Shown here: positions 49,539-59,975 of the stretch, in pieces
Layout: every line of letters begins with the position of its first letter
Position numbering within the stretch: the stretch's first letter is position 1
Source: Shigella phage SP21535
Direction: 5' to 3' (one strand)
Length of the DNA: 64,000 nt
Sequence record: PQ615101
Notes under the pieces: model-generated
Seen by the model: the letters and a program-made list of their open reading frames with translations, nothing else
Databases searched by the model: none
What the model was told of the DNA's origin: nothing
Made by a program: the position numbers and the translations under genes

Positions 49539-49679
49539 ATGATTAAGAAAATCTTGGGCTATTCATTAGCCCTTGCTATTTTATTGATAGCATTATATTA
49601 CGGAATAATGTTCGGATTAATTCAAGTCGTGCTTTTCATTTCTGATGTTATTATGGCACTACATTCACTAGTATGGTAA
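49539..49679 (+). CDS. Small hydrophobic ORF (46 aa)
   Basis: Hand-translated MIKKILGYSLALAILLIALYYGIMFGLIQVVLF... Confidence 0.3.
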   Translation: MIKKILGYSLALAILLIALYYGIMFGLIQVVLFISDVIMALHSLVW

Positions 49680-49683
49680 ATTT

Positions 49684-51012
49684 ATGCAACTGAATAATCG
49701 CGATTTAAAAAGTATCATTGATAATGAAGCATTGGCTTATGCTATGTACACGGTTGAAAATCGTGCCATTCCAAATATGATTGATGGATTTAAGCCAGTT
49801 CAACGATTTGTTATTGCTCGAGCCCTTGATTTAGCACGAGGAAATAAAGATAAGTTTCACAAACTTGCTTCTATTGCAGGTGGTGTAGCTGATCTTGGAT
49901 ATCATCATGGCGAAAACTCTGCACAAGATGCAGGTGCTTTGATGGCTAACACTTGGAATAATAACTTTCCTCTGTTAGATGGTCAAGGAAACTTCGGTTC
50001 TCGTACCGTTCAAAAAGCAGCAGCAAGTCGTTATATTTTTGCTCGTGTAAGTAAAAATTTCTATAACGTATATAAAGATACTGAATATGCTCCGGTACAT
50101 CAAGATAAAGAACACATTCCGCCTGCTTTCTATTTGCCTGTTATTCCTACTGTTCTTCTTAATGGTGTTTCCGGTATTGCAACTGGTTATGCAACTTACA
50201 TTCTTCCTCATAGTGTTTCTTCTGTCAAGAAAGCTGTACTGCAAGCTCTTCAAGGAAAGAAAGTAACTAAACCGAAAGTAGAATTCCCAGAATTTCGTGG
50301 TGAAGTCGTTGAAATTGACGGTCAATATGAAATTCGTGGAACATACAAGTTTACTTCACGAACTCAAATGAATATCACTGAGATTCCGTATAAGTATGAT
50401 CGTGAAACTTACGTGAGCAAAATTTTAGACCCGCTTGAAGATAAAGGCTTCATTACGTGGGATGATGCTTGCGGTGAGCATGGTTTTGGCTTCAAAGTTA
50501 AATTCCGTAAAGAATACTCTTTGAGTGATAACGAAGAAGAACGCCATGCAAAAATTATGAAAGACTTCGGGTTGATTGAGCGTCGTTCACAGAATATTAC
50601 AGTTATTAATGAGAAAGGAAAACTACAAGTTTACGATAACGTAGTTGATTTAATCAAAGACTTCGTTGAAGTTCGTAAAACTTATGTCCAAAAACGAATT
50701 GATAACAAAATCAAAGAAACTGAATCAGCATTTCGTTTAGCCTTTGCCAAGGCACATTTCATTAAGAAAGTAATTTCAGGTGAAATTGTTGTACAGGGTA
50801 AAACTCGTAAAGAACTGACCGAAGAACTTTCGAAAATCGACATGTATTCTTCTTATGTTGATAAACTAGTTGGAATGAACATTTTTCATATGACTTCCGA
50901 CGAAGCAAAGAAACTTGCTGAAGAAGCTAAAGCCAAAAAAGAAGAAAACGAATATTGGAAAACTACTGATGTAGTTACAGAATACACCAAAGATTTAGAG
51001 GAAATCAAATGA
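49684..51012 (+). CDS. 52: DNA topoisomerase II medium subunit gp52 (GyrA-like)
   Basis: ORF track, 442 aa (the T4 length). Confidence 0.9.
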   Translation: MQLNNRDLKSIIDNEALAYAMYTVENRAIPNMIDGFKPVQRFVIARALDLARGNKDKFHKLASIAGGVADLGYHHGENSAQDAGALMANTWNNNFPLLDGQGNFGSRTVQKAAASRYIFARVSKNFYNVYKDTEYAPVHQDKEHIPPAFYLPVIPTVLLNGVSGIATGYATYILPHSVSSVKKAVLQALQGKKVTKPKVEFPEFRGEVVEIDGQYEIRGTYKFTSRTQMNITEIPYKYDRETYVSKILDPLEDKGFITWDDACGEHGFGFKVKFRKEYSLSDNEEERHAKIMKDFGLIERRSQNITVINEKGKLQVYDNVVDLIKDFVEVRKTYVQKRIDNKIKETESAFRLAFAKAHFIKKVISGEIVVQGKTRKELTEELSKIDMYSSYVDKLVGMNIFHMTSDEAKKLAEEAKAKKEENEYWKTTDVVTEYTKDLEEIK

Positions 51013-51158
51013 GTCCATTCATTGGTATTACAAGCGCTGCATTAGTATCCGGTAGCATTTTACTGGCGGGTTTAGGTGTTGTTCCTGCCGTAGCAGGAGG
51101 TCTTCTTGCGTTCGGAATTCAACGTGTTATCATGACAGTTATCACAGTCATGCAGTAA
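51009..51158 (+). CDS. Small membrane protein (49 aa; T4 ac-like position)
   Basis: Hand-translated MSPFIGITSAALVSGSILLAGLGVVPAVAGGLLAFGIQRV...; ATG overlaps the gene 52 stop. Confidence 0.4.
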   Translation: MSPFIGITSAALVSGSILLAGLGVVPAVAGGLLAFGIQRVIMTVITVMQ

Positions 51159-51164
51159 TTTTAG

Positions 51165-51201
51165 GGAGAGCCTCGGCTCTCCAAAGCATACTGTGGTACT
51201 A
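51165..51201 (+). promoter_or_regulatory. Stem-loop (GGAGAGC-CUCG-GCUCUCC) followed by an early promoter -10 (TGGTACTAT) and conserved leader, upstream of motA
   Basis: Hairpin at 51165-51182; TACTAT at 51196-51201; no GTTTAC -35. Confidence 0.5.
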
Positions 51202-51243
51202 TACAACTATCAACTACTGATACAGAATTACGGAGATTAGAAA

Positions 51244-51879
51244 ATGTCTAAAGTAACTTACATCATCAAAGCTTCTAACGATGTTCTGAATGAAAAAACT
51301 GCTGCGATTTTAATTACCATTGCTAAGAAAGATTTCATTACAGCTGCAGAAGTTCGTGAGGTGCATCCAGATTTAGGTAACGCAGTAGTTAATAGTAATA
51401 TTGGGGTATTGATTAAAAAAGGCCTGGTGGAGAAATCTGGTGATGGATTAATCATTACTGGTGAAGCTCAGGATATTATTTCAAATGCAGCAACTTTATA
51501 TGCGCAGGAAAATGCTCCTGAACTACTGAAAAAACGAGCAACTCGTAAAGCTCGCGAGATTACTTCTGATATGGAAGAAGATAAAGATTTCATGTTAAAA
51601 CTTTTAGATGAAAATGGATTTGTTCTTAAAAAAGTTGAAACTTATCGTAGTAACTATCTCGCTATTTTAGAAAAACGCACTCACGGAATTCGCAATTTTG
51701 AAATTAACAACAATGGAAATATGCGAATTTTTGGATACAAAATGATGGAACATCATATTCAGAAATTTACTGATATTGGAATGTCATGTAAAATCGCTAA
51801 AAACGGTAATGTGTATCTTGACATTAAACGCTCAGCAGAAAACATTGAAGCAGTAATCACCGTAGCATCTGAACTGTGA
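51244..51879 (+). CDS. motA: Middle-transcription activator MotA
   Basis: ORF track, 211 aa (the T4 length); recognised N-terminus MSKVTYIIKASNDVLNEK. Confidence 0.9.
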   Translation: MSKVTYIIKASNDVLNEKTAAILITIAKKDFITAAEVREVHPDLGNAVVNSNIGVLIKKGLVEKSGDGLIITGEAQDIISNAATLYAQENAPELLKKRATRKAREITSDMEEDKDFMLKLLDENGFVLKKVETYRSNYLAILEKRTHGIRNFEINNNGNMRIFGYKMMEHHIQKFTDIGMSCKIAKNGNVYLDIKRSAENIEAVITVASEL

Positions 51880-51889
51880 GGAATAAATA

Positions 51890-52219
51890 ATGAACAAGTT
51901 AGAAATTGTTAATGAACTTCGTCGTTGTGCAGAACCCACTCAAGAGGGGTGGGACATCTGGTACCATGGAGCTTATCTTGGAACTATCGTAAAGATTAAG
52001 ACTGGTAAATATTTAATTATCCGTGGTGGTTCTGAAGCCTCTATGGGAATTCGCAAGAACTTCATGGCAGCGATTAGTACCTTTGTTCAATCGGCTTACG
52101 AAATTTACCTTGCTGATTATAAAGAATTCCAGGAATCTCAACCAGTTATTCGCTCAATTGGTGTTAATAAAGCTCAACAGAAAACTTTGTGGCAACGTAT
52201 TAAAGGATGGTTTAAATGA
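51890..52219 (+). CDS. Hypothetical protein (109 aa)
   Basis: ORF track; RBS GAGGAA. Confidence 0.5.
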   Translation: MNKLEIVNELRRCAEPTQEGWDIWYHGAYLGTIVKIKTGKYLIIRGGSEASMGIRKNFMAAISTFVQSAYEIYLADYKEFQESQPVIRSIGVNKAQQKTLWQRIKGWFK

Positions 52220-52677
52220 ACCCATTTATTAATCGTTTAAAAATGCTGAATGTTCCTTTATCTCGTGAAACTCCAGAAAGTCTTGTTGAAAAATTTAAAG
52301 CACATGGTTATAAATGCACAGAAGAAGATATTCTTACAGAAGTTCCTGAAATCTGTTGGCAGACCGCGTACTGGGATGAAAACCAAAAGTATCAACGACG
52401 AATTGTTTGCGCAGCCAACCGTTTTAAATTAAAAGATGGACGAACTCTTGTTATTCCAGGTGCTCGTCATTATTCTAAAGATATGGCAGAAGTTTTAGAT
52501 GTAGTTAAACCTCAATTAGTTACTCAGCAAGTTTGTGATGATGACCAAGGGTTTATTGACCAATATAGTAATTATTGGACACGTGAAGAAGCAATGATTA
52601 TTGCAACTTACGCTGGACAAGTACGTATTGAACGTGGTGGTAGTGAAAAAGAACTTTACTCTGAGGACCTTTACTAA
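52216..52677 (+). CDS. Hypothetical protein (153 aa)
   Basis: ORF track. Confidence 0.5.
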   Translation: MNPFINRLKMLNVPLSRETPESLVEKFKAHGYKCTEEDILTEVPEICWQTAYWDENQKYQRRIVCAANRFKLKDGRTLVIPGARHYSKDMAEVLDVVKPQLVTQQVCDDDQGFIDQYSNYWTREEAMIIATYAGQVRIERGGSEKELYSEDLY

Positions 52678-52973
52678 TGAATATTAAAAAGTTTCAAATT
52701 GATGGAATTAAGAATCAAATCCAGGCGTTGGAATATGCTAATAAAATGATGTCAACTAATTGGGGAATTTATGCCAATGAACCGGGATTTAAGTTCTGCG
52801 ATATGGAATTCACTAAAAAGCTTGTAGGAAAAGATTATGTATGTCCATTTAGTTCTATAATAAATGACATGTTAAAACCCGCTTTACGCGATCTTTATAT
52901 TGCGATGAACGAAGAAATGATAAAAGAACTAAAACGTCAACTGAAGGTGATTCAATTTGGCCAGGGAAATTAA
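52677..52973 (+). CDS. Hypothetical protein (98 aa)
   Basis: ORF track. Confidence 0.5.
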   Translation: MNIKKFQIDGIKNQIQALEYANKMMSTNWGIYANEPGFKFCDMEFTKKLVGKDYVCPFSSIINDMLKPALRDLYIAMNEEMIKELKRQLKVIQFGQGN

Positions 52974-53175
52974 TTCAAAATCCGATTATTTTAATTCTCT
53001 CAATGATAAAGATAAAAATCTAATACGGCATTTTATCGTTGAGATGGGATATACTGACACACGTGATTTAAGAGAACATATATTTGAATGTGGTGTAGCT
53101 AAAAAGTTTTCATTCACATGCAAATGTTTAAGAGAGGTAATTCAGCACTATGAACAATTTAGTCGCAAAACATAA
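52957..53175 (+). CDS. Hypothetical ORF (TTG start only; weak)
   Basis: ORF track; no ATG near the 5' end. Confidence 0.25.
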   Translation: MAREINSKSDYFNSLNDKDKNLIRHFIVEMGYTDTRDLREHIFECGVAKKFSFTCKCLREVIQHYEQFSRKT

Positions 53176-53258
53176 TTTTAATAAAGCTTCTGTTCATAAA
53201 GATAAGAAGAAAGCGTTTAAAGAATCTAATCGCAAACAGAAACATAAGGGGAAGGTCT

Positions 53259-53537
53259 ATGATTATTGATTCTCAATCTGTGGTTCAATACACAATCAAA
53301 ATTGATATTCTAGAAAAGCTATATAAGTTTCTACCAAATTTATACCACTCAATTGTCAATGAATTAGTTGAAGAACTACATCTTGAAAATAATGATTTCT
53401 TGATTGGAACTTATAAAGATAACTCAAAGGCGGGATATTTTTACGTAATTCCAGCTCCAGGAAAAAGTATTGATGATGTATTAAAAACTATAATGATTTA
53501 TGTCCATGATTACGAAATTGAAGATTATTTCGAATGA
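53259..53537 (+). CDS. Hypothetical acidic protein (92 aa); possible Arn-like anti-restriction protein by position and size
   Basis: ORF track; RBS AAGGGGAAGG; net acidic; identity not verified. Confidence 0.45.
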   Translation: MIIDSQSVVQYTIKIDILEKLYKFLPNLYHSIVNELVEELHLENNDFLIGTYKDNSKAGYFYVIPAPGKSIDDVLKTIMIYVHDYEIEDYFE

Positions 53538-53698
53538 GTCATAATCTTGAAAAGGTAATCGAGCATAATGTAGCTCAGGAACGCGAGTCGTTCAAGGAAT
53601 TCGTAGAAAAAATTTTTGAAGAAAATACCACAGACCAGTTTACAAATCAAGCGTCTGATGATATTATAATAAAGTCAACTAATTGAGTGGTATAGTTA

Positions 53699-53971
53699 AT
53701 GAATAAAAACATTGATACAGTTCGTGAAATTATTACTGTTGCGTCTATTTTGATTAAATTTTCCAGAGAAGATATTGTTGAGAATCGTGCTAATTTTATT
53801 GCATTTCTGAATGAGATTGGAGTAACACATGAAGGTAGAAAGTTGAATCAGAATTCATTCCGTAAAATTGTTTCTGAATTAACTCAAGAAGATAAGAAAA
53901 CCCTCATCGACGAATTCAACGAGGGTTTTGAGGGTGTATATCGATATCTAGAGATGTATACGAACAAATAA
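53699..53971 (+). CDS. asiA: Anti-sigma70 factor AsiA
   Basis: ORF track, 90 aa (the T4 length); recognised sequence. Confidence 0.9.
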   Translation: MNKNIDTVREIITVASILIKFSREDIVENRANFIAFLNEIGVTHEGRKLNQNSFRKIVSELTQEDKKTLIDEFNEGFEGVYRYLEMYTNK

Positions 53972-54628
53972 TTATTTAGCCCTTCCTAATATTCTGGCCG
54001 CCTGAGCACATATTGATTCAAGGCGGTCATTACTTATATGATCATTTCTATACCAGTACATTGTTATTGTTCCAGCATAGATATTATCCAAATTGAAATA
54101 TGGACAACTGTACATGTAATTTATTTCGGGAGTAGGCTTTTTGGTTGGTAAAAAAGCAAATTTTGAGTTGGAATAATAATGACGTCCATTTAAATGAACT
54201 GCATATTCATCCATAGTTTTATCAACAGGATATCCTCCAAGTGATTTTTCACTTATTGTTGAAGGTAATTTTCCTTCATATGCTATAATATCAACAAAAT
54301 AGTTTAAGTTTTTAGGGCGGAAAGAATACACCGCACTAAAGTCTGCCTCAGATGATATATGAACTATCTGGAGTTGTTCCAGGGCGACAGATTCAAAGCG
54401 TGCATTTCTTTCCTTTTCAATAATTTCACTGTATGTTTCATACTTTGATTGCTTATAGTACTCAAAGAAACTATCTCCCCTATACCAAACAATCGCCATT
54501 ATAAACAAAAGAATTACGACAGCTACCCGGGAAGCAAGAACTTTCCCGGTAGCGTTATCTTTGAACAAGCGATCTAGAACACCAAACAGAATATCAGAGG
54601 GCGAAAATGATATTCTAGGTGCTGCCAT
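53972..54628 (-). CDS. t: Holin T
   Basis: ORF track, 218 aa (the T4 length); N-terminal TM segment; convergent with asiA. Confidence 0.9.
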   Translation of the reverse strand: MAAPRISFSPSDILFGVLDRLFKDNATGKVLASRVAVVILLFIMAIVWYRGDSFFEYYKQSKYETYSEIIEKERNARFESVALEQLQIVHISSEADFSAVYSFRPKNLNYFVDIIAYEGKLPSTISEKSLGGYPVDKTMDEYAVHLNGRHYYSNSKFAFLPTKKPTPEINYMYSCPYFNLDNIYAGTITMYWYRNDHISNDRLESICAQAARILGRAK

Positions 54629-54659
54629 AGACCCTCCTTTTAAGGATATTTATTCAAAA

Positions 54660-55454
54660 TTATACTCTTGAACCATATATTGTACCAACTTTAGTCCAAG
54701 TTGGAGCATTACCAGTAACAGCTTTACCTGCTGCGCCAGGTGAGTTCGAATAGCCGCTCAATCTAACCGCATCCTTACCTCGTTCACCAACGTTACCGCC
54801 ATCGCCGCCGTAGTATCCAACGCCGGAATACATTTTTCCGCCTGCACCTGGAGATGTTAAAGATGCCGATGCGCCCGGGGCTGCTGCGCCATTATTGCCA
54901 CCAGCTCCGAAAGGACGTCCACCGCCACCGCCAGAAACATATTTACCTCCCCATCCATTATCAGTTGATTGGGCGCCACCACCGCCACCACCGCCAGCAA
55001 TCGCTCCATTGTTAGTGATTCGTAGACGAGTACCTATACCATTGTTAATTGCAGTACCGCCAGCTTGGCCTGCCTGGTTTCCCGCTTGCGCGCCACGACC
55101 ACCACGACCATATACTGTTACGCCACCATTTATAATAAGCGTTACATAAGCATTAGTTAATGAACTAGGAAAATCTAAGCAAGGTTGCCCAGCTGATGAA
55201 GAAACAATATTTCCTGTAATAGTAACAACAACAGGAGTACTACCTTGAGATTTGAGATAATTTATTAGCGTGTCTTTATTATATGAATTACTAGCGCCAA
55301 TACTGTAATATACTTCTTTAGATTGCCCAGCCATTGAGCTCATCCAACCAGGAACTGAAACACGAACTGCTTTCATTGCAGCATCCATCCAGCGTTGTCC
55401 AGTTTCATTCACGGCAGATTCGCCAATCCAGCCAGGAACACCTACAATTGCCAT
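54660..55454 (-). CDS. 38: Long-tail-fiber tip adhesin gp38 (T2-type, glycine-rich motifs)
   Basis: ORF track, 264 aa; multiple poly-Gly motifs (GGGGGGG, GGGGGRPFGAGG) between variable segments. Confidence 0.85.
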   Translation of the reverse strand: MAIVGVPGWIGESAVNETGQRWMDAAMKAVRVSVPGWMSSMAGQSKEVYYSIGASNSYNKDTLINYLKSQGSTPVVVTITGNIVSSSAGQPCLDFPSSLTNAYVTLIINGGVTVYGRGGRGAQAGNQAGQAGGTAINNGIGTRLRITNNGAIAGGGGGGGAQSTDNGWGGKYVSGGGGGRPFGAGGNNGAAAPGASASLTSPGAGGKMYSGVGYYGGDGGNVGERGKDAVRLSGYSNSPGAAGKAVTGNAPTWTKVGTIYGSRV

Positions 55455-55465
55455 TAAAAATCCTT

Positions 55466-55483
55466 AGAGGGCCGAAGCCCTCT
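55466..55483 (-). promoter_or_regulatory. Hairpin (AGAGGGC-UUCG-GCCCUCU) between the gene 37 stop and the gene 38 RBS
   Basis: Perfect 7-bp stem on the - strand directly after the gene 37 stop; AAGGA RBS follows. Confidence 0.45.
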
Positions 55484-55484
55484 T

Positions 55485-58400
55485 TTACATAAGTTTAGAT
55501 TCAAGTTCTTTTACACGAGAAGAAAGTGTTTTCACAGCTTCAACCAGAAGAGCAATCTGGGCTTGAGAAGAAACAGTGAGTATTTTATTACCCTTGCTAT
55601 CTTCTGTTTCACGGACGGCTTCTGGTAAAACGTCTTGCAACGTTTGAGCCACAATACCTGCTTCAGTTTCAATTGCCTCTCCACCGATGTATTCAGCTTT
55701 ATCGTAAATGACACCGTTAAGTTTTTCAACTTTATCAAGTGCATTTTCGATAGGTTTAAAGTTGGATTTTAAACGAATATCAGAACGAATATAAACGTTT
55801 GGAGCATTTATATTTTTATATGAGTACAAATCACCGTTTTGGAAACGGAATACTTGTACACTGTTCGCATATATGTCTAATAATCCATCGCCATTTTGCT
55901 TAATACCAGTATCGCTATCGCCAAATGCTATACTATTTCCACCAAGTGCGTTATTGATATTAATACCAAATGAATTCATTTGGTTAACACCAGCTACAGT
56001 AGCATTATTTACTACAAAACGGTTAGCTCCACCTGGAGCTTTTTCAAAGTAAGCAATATAGTTAGTTTCATCGGCAATTTCAATACGGTTACCACGAGAA
56101 GCATCGCCAGCATGAAATATTCTCATATTTCTTGGGTTAGCACCAGACTTATCAAAGTTAATAGAACCATTATCTTTGACATTTATGCTATTATAGAATA
56201 AAGCAGCACTGCGAACAGCTATGCCGTTATTCATTAATACTTCGCCTGTTGTTAAGTTAATTGCGAAAGGACGCTTACTATTCCAATCACCGTTAACAGT
56301 TGCTTCGCCATCGGTGGCATTTTTATCTGTAAACAGAATATAAAAACTACTGCCATCATTTCGTAGCATTGTAGCAACAGAACCAGTTTTATCGCTGTTG
56401 CTTCTAATACGAATACCAGTTTGGTTATTAATAGCTATTTCAGAATCGGCTTCATAACGCTTAACTTTGCCGCGATCAACCAAGTTATTAAGAACATTAG
56501 CAACTTGCCCATCAACTGCTGTATCTGGAAGAGCATCCACAGGTGATTGGGTAGATGAGTTAATACCAATAACGCTAACAGTAGCATTTTCGGTACATGA
56601 CCATTCACAAGTTAATTGATTGCAATATGTTCCGGCATAAACATAAATGTCATATGTATCTCCAGAGACGTTATTAACTGCAATATTTTTAAATGCAGCT
56701 GCAATTGTTCTTGTGTATAATACAGCATTTAAGTCAGCAGGTCTTTCATTACTAGTACGTAAAACAATTTCAGCAATATTGCATTGTGTGAATAATCCAC
56801 TATTAAATCCAGAACCACCGGCTATTTTAAAGAAGACCGTAGAAGTGGATTGTGGCATTGTTACTGTTGCAAACTTATACCATCCAGCAGTTGCTCCATA
56901 AGTAATAAATCCAGAATTAACTTTACGATTTAGCGTGGTGTTTAAGTTAGCAAAGTTTCCTGAACCGCTAGTAATATTACCGTCAGTTCCTAGTTGGGCA
57001 TTTCCGACTTTAAAGGGTTTAGTGATTGACACGAAATTATCACTTATAACAAGACCATGTCCATAAGATTGGCTATAAAGTGATAAATCATTTCCAGCAC
57101 CACCAAGACCAACATACCACGATCTAGTTCCAGCTTTAGAACCCTGCAAATAATTAGCAGAAGAAGATGAAGGAGAATCTAGAGTAAGCGCTGCATTACG
57201 TTCATTAATAGTTACTGGACATATCATTTTAATAGTTTTAAGACTATTACTTACTTGTAATAATCCTGTACCAGATCCAGAATCTCCTAAATGAACATCA
57301 TGCGACATTTTAACTGTGCCGGTGTTCAGTTCTATTATCAATGGTCTAAGATTACTTATACCGCCAGATTCTCCAGCATCTTTAAGAGTCGGGATAATAT
57401 AAAGATTACTTTCTGAGCGACGGAAAATAGCACCATATTCGGCATTCCAAATTCTTAATGCATCAGCAGTTCCGCCGATTTTAACTTGTCCAGTAATAGA
57501 AGAACCACCTTGGACAAACAAACCATTAGACATGGTAACATTACCGACTAAAGTGCTTAATCCATTAACTTTAAAACTTCCGTCAGTAATAATACTTCCT
57601 CTAGCATTAACAGCTCCAGCAAACTGGGTTACAACAGGACCAGTAGTTTCTGAGCCGCTTGGGGCTACACGCTGGGAATAAAAATAATAACCTTGTCCGT
57701 CAGCTACTTCAAAAACTGTTTCACGATTACGATCGCCAGATGCGTTAAATGAATTACCCCACGCTTTAACGGTTACATAGCTTTTATTTTGACCAGCACG
57801 CTTACCGCCTTCCCACATGATTTGCTTAGTACCATCAATTGTAGTAGTTGGAGCGAATGTCAGCCCAGCAGTAGAATTATTAGCTGCTAAATATATGCCG
57901 TTATATATTGAAAGCTGCTTAACAGATGTAATACCGCCATCAGCATAAAACATTACATTATTTGCACCGGTTACTAGTTTAAGAATACCCGGGTTAACTT
58001 CCATGCCTTCTTGAGTATTAATATTAGTTTTTCCTTTACCACGGAAATAGTGGTTCATTTTACCGCCAGAGTTATATCCAATGTGGGTTTGACCATCTCC
58101 AGCAGAGTTTTCATCAGCCTGTGTTTGAACTGATAAAAATGCAGCATTCGTACCTGGCATAATCCAAGTTGCACCTTGGTCTTCTGAACGTCCAAATAAT
58201 GCTTTACGAGTACTACGGAAACTGTCAGGAGTAATAGACGCGATAGAAAGACCATTAGCAACTAAATCATATACACCAGATCTTTTATATGATATACCAG
58301 TTGCGGCATCTCCAATGACTATATAGCATTCACCCATTGCTCCAGTGGAGCCGTAATTATTAATGTTTTCATCTGTTGTAATTGTACCAATTGCGAGTGA

Positions 58401-59267
58401 GCGTCGCAATACTAAAGACCCATCATTGCGAAGGCCCATTTGTTTATTAACGGCTGTATTACCGGTCCACCAAGACAGTTCATCACTTTTTCCGGTTTGT
58501 GCAGAAGCTAATTCATGATAAATCGTACCACCAGATTTTGCACGGAATTTACGAAGGTAATTAATTCCGTTTGTTTCACCAGTTCCAGGATAAACATATT
58601 GAACTAATGACTGCGAATCGTATTGTCCAAACGCTTTCGTATCAAATGAAATATTTTTAGTTACAACAGATGGACCAATCAAAGAACCTGTTCTTGTTTC
58701 AATATTACTCTGAGCGACTAAATATCCACCAGATACTAATAAATTACCAGAATCAACTTGAAAATTACCTGAGCGCGCAAATGTCCAATATTTAGATTGA
58801 CCAGTTTCATCAATATAATGAATCTTTAACGAACCTTCAGAAACTAAAGTACCTAATGAAAAAGTTCCATCTTTAAAGCGCTGTTTAATTATAGGATTAT
58901 ATTCAGATGTGGAAGTAGCTGAGCTTAAATCTACAAAAATTGGAGCTTTTGCAGTGTGTTGACCGGACCAAGCCCCACTTCCAGTAGTACGATAATTAAA
59001 CTCAATATATCCACCACTTGCTATAATCTGCGGGCCAATTAAATTAAATTTTCCAGTCTGTGTATAATCACCAGTTTGAGTGATATTTCCATTGATATTA
59101 CCGCCAGCGGAAATGCTTAAGTCAATGATATTTCCTGAATCATCTTTAGTAAAAATTGTTCTATCTTTTAAGTTTATAGCCAATTCACCTTCGGCTAATA
59201 CTGAAGCAGCAGGACGTGCACCTGCGGTTTTGCTTCTTTTAAATTGTATTTGTTTTAAAGTAGCCAT
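55485..59267 (-). CDS. 37: Long tail fiber distal subunit gp37
   Basis: ORF track, 1260 aa; recognised N-terminus MATLKQIQFKRSKTAGARPAASVLAEGELAINLKDRTIF; C-terminal chaperone-like segment. Confidence 0.9.
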   Translation of the reverse strand: MATLKQIQFKRSKTAGARPAASVLAEGELAINLKDRTIFTKDDSGNIIDLSISAGGNINGNITQTGDYTQTGKFNLIGPQIIASGGYIEFNYRTTGSGAWSGQHTAKAPIFVDLSSATSTSEYNPIIKQRFKDGTFSLGTLVSEGSLKIHYIDETGQSKYWTFARSGNFQVDSGNLLVSGGYLVAQSNIETRTGSLIGPSVVTKNISFDTKAFGQYDSQSLVQYVYPGTGETNGINYLRKFRAKSGGTIYHELASAQTGKSDELSWWTGNTAVNKQMGLRNDGSLVLRRSLAIGTITTDENINNYGSTGAMGECYIVIGDAATGISYKRSGVYDLVANGLSIASITPDSFRSTRKALFGRSEDQGATWIMPGTNAAFLSVQTQADENSAGDGQTHIGYNSGGKMNHYFRGKGKTNINTQEGMEVNPGILKLVTGANNVMFYADGGITSVKQLSIYNGIYLAANNSTAGLTFAPTTTIDGTKQIMWEGGKRAGQNKSYVTVKAWGNSFNASGDRNRETVFEVADGQGYYFYSQRVAPSGSETTGPVVTQFAGAVNARGSIITDGSFKVNGLSTLVGNVTMSNGLFVQGGSSITGQVKIGGTADALRIWNAEYGAIFRRSESNLYIIPTLKDAGESGGISNLRPLIIELNTGTVKMSHDVHLGDSGSGTGLLQVSNSLKTIKMICPVTINERNAALTLDSPSSSSANYLQGSKAGTRSWYVGLGGAGNDLSLYSQSYGHGLVISDNFVSITKPFKVGNAQLGTDGNITSGSGNFANLNTTLNRKVNSGFITYGATAGWYKFATVTMPQSTSTVFFKIAGGSGFNSGLFTQCNIAEIVLRTSNERPADLNAVLYTRTIAAAFKNIAVNNVSGDTYDIYVYAGTYCNQLTCEWSCTENATVSVIGINSSTQSPVDALPDTAVDGQVANVLNNLVDRGKVKRYEADSEIAINNQTGIRIRSNSDKTGSVATMLRNDGSSFYILFTDKNATDGEATVNGDWNSKRPFAINLTTGEVLMNNGIAVRSAALFYNSINVKDNGSINFDKSGANPRNMRIFHAGDASRGNRIEIADETNYIAYFEKAPGGANRFVVNNATVAGVNQMNSFGININNALGGNSIAFGDSDTGIKQNGDGLLDIYANSVQVFRFQNGDLYSYKNINAPNVYIRSDIRLKSNFKPIENALDKVEKLNGVIYDKAEYIGGEAIETEAGIVAQTLQDVLPEAVRETEDSKGNKILTVSSQAQIALLVEAVKTLSSRVKELESKLM

Positions 59268-59275
59268 AAGTCCTC

Positions 59276-59941
59276 TTAATAATAGCCGAAATCTTGAACA
59301 GAATCCTTAATTACGATTTGGTCAAATCGTGGAACATGTGAAGGTTGAGATGCAGGATTCTGTGAGAAAAAGTTTGGTGCGGTTAAGTTTCCAATCATAG
59401 TATCACCAGATCGTAACACTCTAGAGTTCGCATTTGCCGTAACAGTATTTATTGCTCCGTCAACATAGTCCTTTCTAGTAAGGTCATTCGCTGCTATAGG
59501 AGCAGCTGCATCACTTCTTACTTGACCCGCAGCTGATACAACACCTTTTGTGCTAATATCACCATTACGTGCATTAATTACAACAGTTCGGGCTGCTGAA
59601 CCCTGTGATGATTTAAAACCAATACCATTCCACGAAACAATATCGATATTTGCTACAGCAAAAGTAGCATTATCACCGTTACCTGGATAAATACCGCACG
59701 GGTTTGTATTGTTTACAGCATATGGTACTTGAACACCAGCATTAAATGTTACCTTTGATGCATAAGTACCACCATTAGCTTTAGAAACGAAATCGTTATC
59801 AGCAGCTTGTGGTTTATTATATTCTGAATATATTTTAAATGATTTATAGAGTACATCGTCACCGGCTGGATTCAATGGAAAATTTCCTTGATGCCAAATG
59901 ACAGAGCCTCCAGTTGTTGAACCTACTTTTAAATCAGCCAT
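59276..59941 (-). CDS. 36: Long tail fiber hinge protein gp36
   Basis: ORF track, 221 aa (the T4 length). Confidence 0.85.
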   Translation of the reverse strand: MADLKVGSTTGGSVIWHQGNFPLNPAGDDVLYKSFKIYSEYNKPQAADNDFVSKANGGTYASKVTFNAGVQVPYAVNNTNPCGIYPGNGDNATFAVANIDIVSWNGIGFKSSQGSAARTVVINARNGDISTKGVVSAAGQVRSDAAAPIAANDLTRKDYVDGAINTVTANANSRVLRSGDTMIGNLTAPNFFSQNPASQPSHVPRFDQIVIKDSVQDFGYY

Positions 59942-59964
59942 TGTATGCCCCTTTATTTTAATAG

Positions 59965-59972
59965 TATTTATA
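59965..59972 (-). promoter_or_regulatory. T4-type late promoter TATAAATA (- strand) upstream of gene 36
   Basis: Reverse complement of + strand TATTTATA at 59965-59972; 23 nt before the gene 36 ATG. Confidence 0.6.
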
Positions 59973-59975
59973 AAG

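Noticed and set aside
54895-55149. Proline-rich + strand ORF (MPPAPKGRPPPPPETYLPP...)
   Set aside because: It is antisense to the glycine-rich (GGN repeat) region of gp38 on the - strand; a compositional artefact, not a gene.
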